Assembly (NCBI GenBank): GCA_037441675.1
Contig: JBBIRS010000011.1
Span: 1-42,232 of the forward strand
Source of the DNA: Planctomycetales bacterium
GTDB taxonomy: Bacteria; 4484-113
Direction of reading: 5' to 3'
DNA length: 42,232 bases
Shown here: positions 1-9,159 of the stretch, in pieces
Position numbering within the stretch: position 1 is the first letter of the stretch
Layout of the letters: every line of letters begins with the position of its first letter
Made by a program: the position numbers and the translations under genes
Notes under the pieces: model-generated
Database searches by the model: none
Seen by the model: only the letters and a program-made list of their open reading frames with translations
Told to the model about the DNA's origin: nothing

Positions 1-1430
1 AATGAGGCATACACGTTCACCGCGAATGTCGAAGGGACTCGCCCGCTTTCTTATAAATGGGACTTTGGTGGGGGCGCGAACCCGAACAAGTCGTCAGGGG
101 TCAGCTCTCATCAGTCAGCCGTAGTTACTCTCACTAATACCCCCGGCAACTACTCCGCGACCCTAATCGTCACGAATGCCTACGGCGAGGACTCATATCC
201 CTTCACCCTCACTATCCAAGACCGCTAAGCCTTTGCACACACCTTGGGTAGTCCCAGCCCTGACAGTGCCGAAGATATAGCTATTGATAGCGAGGGAAAC
301 GTATGGGTTCTTTGGGGGACCGGCCTTGCGCTCGGAATTCTCCTCTTGCAGTGCAGCCCGTGAGGAGAACTTATGATGGCGCTAAACTGGGAAGCGGTCG
401 GCGGTGCCCACGAATGGGCTGACGCCCTATTCATTGACGATGAGAATAATCTCTATGTAGAAGGGACAATTGATTATCCTAAGGGCGCTCTGGAGAAACC
501 CTCTATGCCTGTTCTCTATGCAAAGTTTGAAGAAAATGCCGACCTAATCTTCGCCAAGACCTAGAAAGAGAACTGGAAGGATTACTCGTATAGTGCGGAT
601 ATGGACACTGAGAGCAACGTTTACATCCTCAACGGGAAGGAAGACTACCCCTTTGATGAAGATTTTGATACGACCCTCATCAAGTACGATAAGGAGGGAA
701 ATTTTCTCTTCGCCACCGCTTGGGACGATGATACCACAAGAAGCGTTAAGGTTAGTCCTGACGAACTTGTTTAGGTTGGAGGCGGTGTTCAGGCTGAAGG
801 CAGGGAGGATTGGGATGTCGTGTTTCTGAAGTTTACCTCAGACGGCGAGTTTGTGTCAGGCAAGAGCAGGGGAACGGAGATTAACGATAGGGCGGAAGTT
901 CTTGAATTCGGCACAGATGGATGTGTTTACCAGTTTGGCGAGAGCCATAGTGGTTTGGGGTATGACGGGAGACTTCTAGCTCTTAAGTGGCAACATGGTG
1001 ATATCGTAATCAGCGCCTATGGGTAACCCTACCAGTACGGGCTCTCTCAATGCAGAAACCGATGCTAAAAATCAGTTTTATGTTGTGACATCATACCTTC
1101 TTAAGCTGATGTTCATTAAGAGTACTCCTCCAATTAGAATGGAAGGGTCAAAATGGCTATGGGCTCTTTGAATACTTAGCTGTGGATAGGGCACATAATC
1201 TCTACTTAGCGGGAGATGGTGACACTCCTTTCGACAGGTGGGAAAGTGTGGACGGCAGTGTGGATTTGGAAACTGGAGACGTTGAAGAGTATGTAATCAC
1301 GCCCTACCGACCTTTTTTCGTAGAGAGAACCATTGAATTAACCTCGGCGACCCCTATTGAGAACCAAGATACGGGTGACCCAAAGTGGTGGGACGTGCTA
1401 GTACTTAAGAACTTTGAATTACCTGATTGA
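1..1430 (+). pseudogene. Decayed surface protein: PKD domain followed by beta-propeller (SBBP-like) repeats; 5' end lies outside the window
   Basis: Frame 1 from base 1 reads YKWDFGGGANPN...LIVTNAYGEDSYPFTLTI (PKD), then DIAIDSEGNVWV, FIDDENNLYVEG, LIKYDKEGN and FLKFTSDG (propeller blades). In-frame stops at 226 (TAA), 361 (TGA), 562 (TAG), 772 (TAG) and 1024 (TAA), then frameshifts into the C-terminal piece 1182-1430. Confidence 0.8.
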
Positions 1431-1489
1431 GAAGTTTTCTATTTGGACAGATTAGTATCGTAGGAGAACTGTGAAAAAACTGTCCTACC

Positions 1490-2185
1490 CTATTGAATTT
1501 TTCTAATTATCCCCAAAGGAGTGCATTCAGCGCCTTGACCCAGAGGATTGTCAGCGAGGGATTTGACAACAATATCTTTGAGCGTTGCGTTCTCCGCAAA
1601 ACTTGAGCCAAGAATTTCGGGCACTTGAATATCATTCACGTCAACTACACAAAAATCAAAGCCAAACTCGTTTTTCAATCTTTTACAGACTTCATCGGAA
1701 TTGATTGGACCTGGTATTACATACTCGTAGTATTCCTTGACACCCATTGTATGTTCCGCATCAATGGACTTCACCGCCAAGCCTGCCACTCGGTAAAAGT
1801 CCCCGCGCCTTCTTAGAATAAGCTTACCCCAGGCGGATGCGAGCGTCGCGAGAAGTATCCGCGCAAGTCCCACCTCTTCAATCGCAACCTGCATAGCGCG
1901 CGGGCTTCTCACTCCCACACCATACGGGCTCTTCGTCACAAAGCGCGAAAGTAGTTTTGCCCAGAGGCTAACCTTAATTGAGTCTATATGCCGATGCCTA
2001 TTCTGCATTATAGCTAGAGGCGTCTCCGCGATGAAAACGATGTCTCCGTGTTTTGACTTGGGAAAGACATAACGCCTAACAATCTCCGCAAGCTCATCCT
2101 CAGGTGTCAAAATGTGGGTTTTAATTGGAATTCTTAGATACTTCTCACCATCAACCTCAATCTCTGGGCGCTTCTCCTTTGGCAT
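1490..2185 (-). CDS. Coenzyme F420:L-glutamate ligase (CofE)-like family protein
   Basis: RIPIKTHIL...GDIVFIAETPLAIMQNR, GDFYRVAG, VVDVND and DNPLGQGAECTPLGIIR match the F420_ligase-like family of uncertain function. Confidence 0.75.
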   Translation of the reverse strand: MPKEKRPEIEVDGEKYLRIPIKTHILTPEDELAEIVRRYVFPKSKHGDIVFIAETPLAIMQNRHRHIDSIKVSLWAKLLSRFVTKSPYGVGVRSPRAMQVAIEEVGLARILLATLASAWGKLILRRRGDFYRVAGLAVKSIDAEHTMGVKEYYEYVIPGPINSDEVCKRLKNEFGFDFCVVDVNDIQVPEILGSSFAENATLKDIVVKSLADNPLGQGAECTPLGIIRKIQ

Positions 2186-2258
2186 CCGCTAGCATTATAC
2201 CAGCTAGTTCAGACTCTCTTTTTAGGTGTCAAGGAATTTGCTGTGTTAAAATATCACT

Positions 2259-2888
2259 ATGTTAAATAAATGGATACGAAAAAGCGTGGTAGCGCTTCTT
2301 ATCCTTGCCCTTACAACCGCTCAGGTTTTTTCCGCAGAACGTGCCTCAAACTTCAAACTCACCTCAGCTGACGGTAAGACCTACGAGTTGAAGGAAGTAG
2401 CAAAAAACGCAAAACTAATTCTCCTAAATTTCTGGGAGGTGAACTGCAAGCCCTGCCAGAAGGAAATGCCTCAGATAGCTAGGATATACAAAACTTATGA
2501 ACCGGCTGGATTGAAGCTGCTTTTGATTAGCAGGGATACCCAGTTGACTCTTTCCAGAGTCGCGCCCTTTGTTTCAAGCCAGAAGTGGGATTTTCCTGTC
2601 CTTCTTGATCCTGAATTGAAGGTCAGTCAGCTTTATAACGTCAAGTTCTCTCCCGTCAATATTCTTGTGAGTTCAAAGGGCGAGATACTTCTGCGGTTGG
2701 AAGGTTATACCGCTGGCAATGAACTTGACATAGAGAAGAAAGTCATAGAGGCATTGAATTTGTCTGAGGAAGAAGTTGCTAAACTCAAAGCAGATTACGA
2801 GAAATCAAGCGGAGGGGAAAAAGACGCGGGAGCGTTCAAGGACAAGGAGAAAGAAGGCGACGACGCAGAGCATTCAAATCACCATTAG
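2259..2888 (+). CDS. Exported TlpA/ResA-type thioredoxin-like disulfide reductase
   Basis: Signal peptide, LLNFWEVNCKPC (CxxC), FPVLLDP and YNVKFSP (cis-Pro region). Confidence 0.9.
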   Translation: MLNKWIRKSVVALLILALTTAQVFSAERASNFKLTSADGKTYELKEVAKNAKLILLNFWEVNCKPCQKEMPQIARIYKTYEPAGLKLLLISRDTQLTLSRVAPFVSSQKWDFPVLLDPELKVSQLYNVKFSPVNILVSSKGEILLRLEGYTAGNELDIEKKVIEALNLSEEEVAKLKADYEKSSGGEKDAGAFKDKEKEGDDAEHSNHH

Positions 2889-3051
2889 ATGGTTGAGTAA
2901 ACCTATATAAGCCTTATTGATACTATACTGCGCACTCTTAATTGCTCTTTAGTATGTGAAAGTAGAGACAGTAGAGAACCAACACTTGCACATTCCAAAC
3001 TCTTATGTAAAATACTTGCAATCCAAACTGAATTGATATCTTTTTCAAAAG

Positions 3052-4602
3052 ATGAAAGTAGTTCAAAATCCCCGATTTTTTTCAAGGCTATTACCGAATC
3101 TTTGTGTCACTTTTTTGCTTTGGGCAATCACTATAACCTTTCTTGGAAATTTTGTTGCTCATTCTGAAGAAGAAGTACAACCTACTGAAACAGAAGAAGC
3201 GACTACCTCAACACCAATAGATGATGAGGAGATACAAGGCCCAGAAGAATCAGAGGAAAGCTTATGGGCAGATGAAAAGGACTTCTCCAAGAAAGAGTTC
3301 AACTACTATGGCGCTTTAATGTTCGGATACTCATTTGATAAAGAAAGTTCTCTCAACAAAGCGGAAGGCGAATGGGCAACAAGTTTTAGCTACGGCTCAG
3401 TTACCGGTAGGTTAAGGATTGGAGACTTTGTTAATTTCCCCAACGAGCGTAAACCTGTGCGCATTGAAAAGTATCAGGTGACCATTCCCACGGGAAACTT
3501 CGAGTTTTCATTGGGAACTTTTCCTCTTACGTTTGGTAAAGGACTTATCTTAAATGCATTTGAGGAGAGAAACCTTAACTACGATAACGAAATTGAGGGA
3601 ATTCTCTTCAAAGCAAAGGCTGGAGATTTGAAGCTGATAAATTTCATAGGTAAGCAGAAACCTTTGAAGGAAACTTCTGCAAGTCGCTTCATTGGTTCTC
3701 GCGCTGAATGGCAAATCACCCCAAAGGTTCAAGTAGGAGCTAGCTGGATATCAGAAGATGAGCCAAATACCGCTACATTTATAAAGAAATCCCGCAAGAA
3801 GACAGTAAGTTATGGAACTGACCTTCAATTCTCCTTAGAGCATTTCAATCTATATCTTGAGCATATGAGGATGGATCAGCCCTTTGGAGCTCCGGATGGA
3901 AATGGGCTTTACGCATCCGCTACTTTGAAATATCCTGGGTTTGGGTTAACGATAGAGAGAAAGGATTATGACCAAATACTTCACCGACTAGGGGTCCCTC
4001 CTCCTACAAAATACACGCCCGAGCATGCATTTAGTACTCCCAGCGACGAGAAGGGTTACGCAATTTCTATGTTCCTCGCTCCATTTGAGAATACCTCGTA
4101 TTTTGAAGTTACCTACGACCAAAGCAATCAACATGGCGGTGGTTTTCCTCAAACCGAGACGATTATCTCTTACTATGCTCCAAGAGACAGAAATTTCTTC
4201 TATTCAATTCACAAATCGCGATACAAAGACGTCTCAATTGAGGATGAATTCTGGCGCGTTGAGAGCCAATACACATTCAATAACGGAAACGCGCTTTCTC
4301 TCAACTGTGAAATCACTGATTATTCAGTAGGACCAATAACTAGAAAAGAACAAAAAGTTGAGTTAGGTTTTACTTTTGGCACTTGGCTAAATGTTTCTTT
4401 CACCCAGGAAAAGCTTCCGAGAAGAAACAACCCTAAACGCCAATGGTGGAATTTACTTGAAGCTAGGCTTCAGCGCTCTGGTAAGGATGTCTTAAGCTTA
4501 ACATATGGAACGAGAAGGGCAGGCTTTGTGTGCTCGGGTGGAGTTTGTAGGCTTGAGCCAGCCTTTGATGGCTGGAAGCTATTTTACACACGCTATTTCT
4601 AG
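3052..4602 (+). CDS. Probable outer-membrane beta-barrel, DUF6029-like
   Basis: N-terminal hydrophobic signal and acidic linker, TFGKGLIL motif, alternating beta-strand patterns, C-terminal GTRRAGFVCSGGVCRLEPAFDG and terminal Phe (YTRYF). DUF6029 assignment is from recall of the C-terminal motif. Confidence 0.7.
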   Translation: MKVVQNPRFFSRLLPNLCVTFLLWAITITFLGNFVAHSEEEVQPTETEEATTSTPIDDEEIQGPEESEESLWADEKDFSKKEFNYYGALMFGYSFDKESSLNKAEGEWATSFSYGSVTGRLRIGDFVNFPNERKPVRIEKYQVTIPTGNFEFSLGTFPLTFGKGLILNAFEERNLNYDNEIEGILFKAKAGDLKLINFIGKQKPLKETSASRFIGSRAEWQITPKVQVGASWISEDEPNTATFIKKSRKKTVSYGTDLQFSLEHFNLYLEHMRMDQPFGAPDGNGLYASATLKYPGFGLTIERKDYDQILHRLGVPPPTKYTPEHAFSTPSDEKGYAISMFLAPFENTSYFEVTYDQSNQHGGGFPQTETIISYYAPRDRNFFYSIHKSRYKDVSIEDEFWRVESQYTFNNGNALSLNCEITDYSVGPITRKEQKVELGFTFGTWLNVSFTQEKLPRRNNPKRQWWNLLEARLQRSGKDVLSLTYGTRRAGFVCSGGVCRLEPAFDGWKLFYTRYF

Positions 4603-4710
4603 AAATTTCTTCGTCAGTTGTTATCTCTTTGGCTAGGATTCTATTTGTCTGAACTAACTCGCAAGTTTTATTCTACAATTAATTACCTTTGTTAAAATGA
4701 TTAGAAATGA

Positions 4711-5400
4711 ATGGTTAAACCCGGCAATAGTTATAATTCCTTGAACATAACCCTTTTTCTACCACTTAGGAGTATTGGAAACCTTGAAATTTGTGCAACT
4801 TTCACCAATGAAGTCTTGGAATTTATAAAGGTTTTAGGCTTTGTAAAAGAAAAAACAAATATCAAGAACATCAACAACTTGAAGAGACCAAACAAACCTT
4901 TCAAACAAAACTCTTTCAAGGATAAATCGCAATCATTTGGGGAATTAAGCACAAACGTAGCACAAAGCTTGCAAAGAACTTTGATGGTGTTTCTATACTC
5001 ACAGCTTACGGGAATCTCAGGGATTGAATTAAACAACGGAATTGCTCGTGTTACGTATTCAAATGTCAGCTTCGATAACACATTTGATAAAACAGATAAA
5101 ACAATGGATAAACTAAGGCTAGCAAGAACTTTTAGTACAGTTGCGAGCCGAGTTTACGACTGCGTCCTGTCAATTCCCTGTGGCACAATTTTTAGTTACT
5201 CACAAGTGGCAAGCCTTTGCGGAACATCTCCAAGAGCAGTCGGAACAATTCTTCGGCTCAATCCATATCCAATTCTAATACCCTGTCATAGGGTAATCGG
5301 TAAGGATGGCGCACTCAAAGGTTATGGTGGGGAGCAGAGTGTAACACTTAAAGAAAAAATCCTGAATTTTGAGAAATTTGCCTCAAGTGATAAGGTTTGA
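4711..5400 (+). CDS. ogt: Methylated-DNA--protein-cysteine methyltransferase (Ogt/MGMT); start uncertain
   Basis: IPCGTIFSYSQVA, SPRAVG, NPYPILIPCHRVIG (active-site PCHRV) and GYGG. Confidence 0.85.
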   Translation: MVKPGNSYNSLNITLFLPLRSIGNLEICATFTNEVLEFIKVLGFVKEKTNIKNINNLKRPNKPFKQNSFKDKSQSFGELSTNVAQSLQRTLMVFLYSQLTGISGIELNNGIARVTYSNVSFDNTFDKTDKTMDKLRLARTFSTVASRVYDCVLSIPCGTIFSYSQVASLCGTSPRAVGTILRLNPYPILIPCHRVIGKDGALKGYGGEQSVTLKEKILNFEKFASSDKV

Positions 5401-5485
5401 TTATACCGATGCTTAGAAGTGTTAAGCTTTTATCCCCACTCTCTTGCAACAATTCCGCATTTAAGATAGATTTAGCATTTGTAAA

Positions 5486-7264
5486 TTGGAGGCTCTGAAA
5501 GGTGTGAAGGCAAATCTTTCGTTTCTTTTTCAATTTGAATTTACGAGACTAGCTCTACTCGTTTTGTTTTGGCTGGGCACCTTTGGTGTAATGCCTGTCG
5601 CCTTTGTCCTCTTCCCAGGGGAGAGCTTTCTCGTATTTGGTTTCCTCCTAATAATTCATATACTTGCTATTCAAAGTTTTAGACCAACTTTCCTAAGAGC
5701 AAAGTTTACCCCTACCCTCCTTGTTCTTGCTGATACGTTTTTCGCTTTCTACCTAGCAAAGTATTACGCGTTGGAGATCACGTTAATACTGTTAATGTTT
5801 TTGGCTTTAGTTTTAATAGAGACTCTAGCCACAGGATGGGTTCAAGGATTACTGCCCGTCATACTTGGGGTAATATCCCTTTGGTTCTATTCAAGTAGAG
5901 CTGAACAAACTGCCTCAATCCTCTCACCCACCCTACCTATTTCTGGCTACCAACTAGGAGCATTTATCCTTCTTGTGGGATATGTGGTTAGCTTAGTAGC
6001 CTTAAGCGTACTTAAGTCAACCTTATCGGAGGCAGAGAAAACCAGTCTTGAGCTTACGAGCGCTTTAGTGCAAGGAGAGCTAGCTAAAGAAGGGCTCGTA
6101 AAGACGAATCGGCAGATGTCAATGATGCTGCGCGTAGCGCAGGGCTTAACTTCCTCACTTGAATCAGATGAACTTTTAAAAAATTTTGAGTTAGCGTTAC
6201 ACGAGATTCTTGATTTTGATAACTTCTCGGTTCTTGTTTTCGATGCGAAGGAAAAGTGTTTGAAGGCGCTTATAGCTCGTAAGAAGGTCTTTCACCTGGC
6301 GGAAGCACCAAAATATCCCTTGGATTTTGGTGTCGCAGGCCACGTGTTTTCTCACGGAAAGTCCAAGCTTATAAAAAATACCGAAGAGGAACCATCATTT
6401 GTTCACCAGGGAAAAAATGCCTCTACTATTGGATCAATGCTCTCTGTCCCACTTTACTATCGTGAGGAACCAATAGGCGTTCTTACTGTTGATGCAGTGA
6501 AGAAAGATATGTTTGAAGAGGAACATCTCAAGCTCGTTGAAGGGCTTGCCCCACTTCTTGCCATCGCAGTCAATAATGCGATGCAATTTGCCACTATGAA
6601 AGTTGCTTCAACTCGAGACACTTTAACGCATCTCTACAACTACTCCGCTTTTACTCAACGCTTTAATGAAGTTCTAGAAACCTGTTATCATCTTAATAAA
6701 CCGGTAACCCTTCTAATGATTGATATTGACGACTTTAAGCAGGTTAACGATACTTACGGACATCTTACGGGAAATTTGGTCCTAGCGAATCTTGGGGAAA
6801 TTATGTCTAAGTTCTTCAGGCGATCTGATGTTATTGCTAGATACGGTGGAGAGGAGTTTGCGGCTGTTCTCCCAAGAACCCCGATAGACGTGGGTCTGAT
6901 GCTGGGAGAAAACTTACGCGAAGAAATTTCAGTATTTCCCTTCCGCACCGTAACAGGCAAAGTAATGAAGATAATGGTGAGCGTAGGTGTTGCGTCAAGT
7001 GAAGATGACGGAATAAATTATGATATCAGGCAGAGCAAGCGAGCTGACGGAACAAGCTATTTAGCCAACGTTGAAGAGGTCGCTCAGAAGATTATACGCA
7101 ATGCGGATGAGGCACTTTATCGCAGTAAGGTGAGAGGGAAAAACCGTGTCACCGCTTCATCCTCCAGCAAATATCCCCACAAAGACTTTACTGAGCACCT
7201 TATGGTGCCAACACCTTCTGACATACCCGCAATTGAGAAGAAAAAGATTAGTCTTAATAGATGA
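5486..7264 (+). CDS. Membrane-bound diguanylate cyclase (multi-TM + GAF + GGDEF)
   Basis: Several N-terminal TM helices, GAF domain (GVAGHV...SMLSVPL...IGVLTV), DTLTHLYN, DIDDFKQVNDTYGH and RRSDVIARYGGEEF (RxxD I-site plus GGEEF). Confidence 0.92.
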   Translation: MEALKGVKANLSFLFQFEFTRLALLVLFWLGTFGVMPVAFVLFPGESFLVFGFLLIIHILAIQSFRPTFLRAKFTPTLLVLADTFFAFYLAKYYALEITLILLMFLALVLIETLATGWVQGLLPVILGVISLWFYSSRAEQTASILSPTLPISGYQLGAFILLVGYVVSLVALSVLKSTLSEAEKTSLELTSALVQGELAKEGLVKTNRQMSMMLRVAQGLTSSLESDELLKNFELALHEILDFDNFSVLVFDAKEKCLKALIARKKVFHLAEAPKYPLDFGVAGHVFSHGKSKLIKNTEEEPSFVHQGKNASTIGSMLSVPLYYREEPIGVLTVDAVKKDMFEEEHLKLVEGLAPLLAIAVNNAMQFATMKVASTRDTLTHLYNYSAFTQRFNEVLETCYHLNKPVTLLMIDIDDFKQVNDTYGHLTGNLVLANLGEIMSKFFRRSDVIARYGGEEFAAVLPRTPIDVGLMLGENLREEISVFPFRTVTGKVMKIMVSVGVASSEDDGINYDIRQSKRADGTSYLANVEEVAQKIIRNADEALYRSKVRGKNRVTASSSSKYPHKDFTEHLMVPTPSDIPAIEKKKISLNR

Positions 7265-7467
7265 TGGCTGAGAGAGCCAAAGATAACAAGAGCTATCTAC
7301 GAAAATGTAACTTTAATAATAGAAAATAGGTATTTGGGAAAACGAAATAATAACACTTATGTGCAATGGCTCGTCTACTAAAATTTTCTGCAACGATTCT
7401 AGTGCTCCAATCAGGATCGGAATAGCTTCCCTAGCTAGAATAGCAATTCGTAGGTAAAATATGGTAA

Positions 7468-8745
7468 ATGGAGCAGTCGCTTAAAAACCACTTAGAAATA
7501 CTCTTGAGGAGAACTGTAGAGGTATTACCAACACAGGAAGCCTTAGCTGAACGCATTAAGAAAAAGGGAAAGCTTAGGGTGAAACTTGGCATTGACCCAA
7601 CAAGCACCGACTTAACTCTTGGGCACACGGTTGTATTGCAGAAGCTGGCGGATTTTCAGGCAATGGGGCATACTGCGGTGTTGATATTTGGCGATTTCAC
7701 TGGAATGGTGGGCGATCCATCAGGCAGAAGCAAAGCGCGCCCTCCTTTATCACTCGAGCAGGCACGGGAAAACGCGAAAACCTACCTTGAGCAGGCGGGA
7801 AAGGTTCTGGACGTGGAGAGGGCAGAGATTCGTTACAACTCGGAGTGGCTCGCACCGCTAACAATGAAGGAATGCGTAGAGCTATGCTCGCAGATGACCG
7901 TAGCGAGGATGCTTGAGCGCGAGGACTTGGGCATGCGCTTCAGAAATCAAGAACCGATTCACATCCACGAGCTTCTCTACGCGCTTCTGCAGGGCTACGA
8001 TTCTGTGGCGATAAAGTGCGATGTTGAGCTTGGCGCAACCGAGCAGAAGTTTAACCTCCTTGTCGGCAGGCAGTTGATGGAACACTTTAGCTTGGAACCA
8101 CAAATTGTGATGACTCTACCCATCCTAGTCGGCACTGACGGCGTGAGGAAGATGAGCAAAAGCGAAGGGAATTACATCGCTATCATGGATTCACCAGCCG
8201 ATATGTTTGGCAAGATTATGAGCATCCCGGACGTGATAATCACGAACTACTTCAGGCTTCTCACCGACAAGGATGAAGCGGAGATTAAGAGGATGGACGA
8301 GGAGATTGCGAGAGCAAAGCGTGGCGAGAAAAGCGCTAATGAGCATGAGCTAATAAATGAGCAAGAGCTCATAAATCCAATGGACTTTAAGCTTGAGCTT
8401 GCTGAGCTTGTGACGGAACGCTTTCATGCTAAGGAGCACGGCGCTGGCATTGGGAAGAAGGAGCGCGAAAAATTCATCGCCGCCTTTCGGAAAAGGGACA
8501 AAGAAGCCATCGCGGAAGAAATAAAGATTCCACCGCATCTAATCAAGGACGGCAAGGTTGATATTGTGAAGCTCCTCGTTGAGATTGGCGCGGTCAAAAG
8601 CGCACGGCAGGCAAGAAGACTCATAGCTGAAGGCGCAGTAAGGGTGAACGGGGTAGGTAAAAATTTAGCCGAGCTTTCGGTTGAATTGTCCAACGGAACA
8701 CTTATAGAAATTGGCAAAAAGAAAGCGTATAGAATACTAATTTGA
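7468..8745 (+). CDS. tyrS: Tyrosine--tRNA ligase (short, type 2-like)
   Basis: LRVKLGIDPT, DLTLGH (HIGH position), GDPSGRS, LQGYDSV, KMSKS and a C-terminal S4 domain. Confidence 0.97.
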   Translation: MEQSLKNHLEILLRRTVEVLPTQEALAERIKKKGKLRVKLGIDPTSTDLTLGHTVVLQKLADFQAMGHTAVLIFGDFTGMVGDPSGRSKARPPLSLEQARENAKTYLEQAGKVLDVERAEIRYNSEWLAPLTMKECVELCSQMTVARMLEREDLGMRFRNQEPIHIHELLYALLQGYDSVAIKCDVELGATEQKFNLLVGRQLMEHFSLEPQIVMTLPILVGTDGVRKMSKSEGNYIAIMDSPADMFGKIMSIPDVIITNYFRLLTDKDEAEIKRMDEEIARAKRGEKSANEHELINEQELINPMDFKLELAELVTERFHAKEHGAGIGKKEREKFIAAFRKRDKEAIAEEIKIPPHLIKDGKVDIVKLLVEIGAVKSARQARRLIAEGAVRVNGVGKNLAELSVELSNGTLIEIGKKKAYRILI

Positions 8746-8791
8746 GCATTTAATTATTACCTATACCTTATAAAAGAAGGACAGACGGAAA

Positions 8792-8902
8792 ATGACATTA
8801 TACAACTGCGGTAACTGCAAGCATTATGAAGAAAGAAGTGACCCTCTTGGGCCTGCGCTTGATGGATTGTTAACTGGCACTTGTGGTTGGTGTAGTTATT
8901 AG
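8792..8902 (+). CDS. Putative 36-aa CxxC-x21-CxxC microprotein, or a truncated gene remnant
   Basis: MTLYNCGNCKHYEERSDPLGPALDGLLTGTCGWCSY*, preceded by AAGAAGGA. Too short for the ORF track. Confidence 0.4.
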   Translation: MTLYNCGNCKHYEERSDPLGPALDGLLTGTCGWCSY

Positions 8903-9159
8903 AATTCAAATGTAACCTTCTTCTTTTCTAAGTCCTTGTGTTAGCTCTATCCTAATTCTCAATCACAATTACCTTAGACCTAACGCCACGCGCAACCCAT
9001 ATATTTCAAAGATAATTGCAGTGTTCTCCACTTTCATTTCCATCATAAAGCGACTATTTATTGCTACAAGCCTATTGAAATTCTAAGCACTAATCATTGC
9101 TACACCTAGCGCAAGTTCTGTTTCCACTGGTCTTGTTTCCTATATAATCTCCTTAGGAA

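Noticed and set aside
1..1026. Alternative genetic code or stop-codon readthrough as an explanation for the in-frame stops (also at 19765, 19822 and 34838)
   Set aside because: All three stop types occur, frameshifts accompany them, and housekeeping genes end normally in TGA (tyrS), TAG (ruvC) and TAA (purM).
7265..7467. T-box leader for tyrS
   Set aside because: No T-box consensus (AAnnnnGGTGGnACC) or terminator, and the gene appears leaderless.
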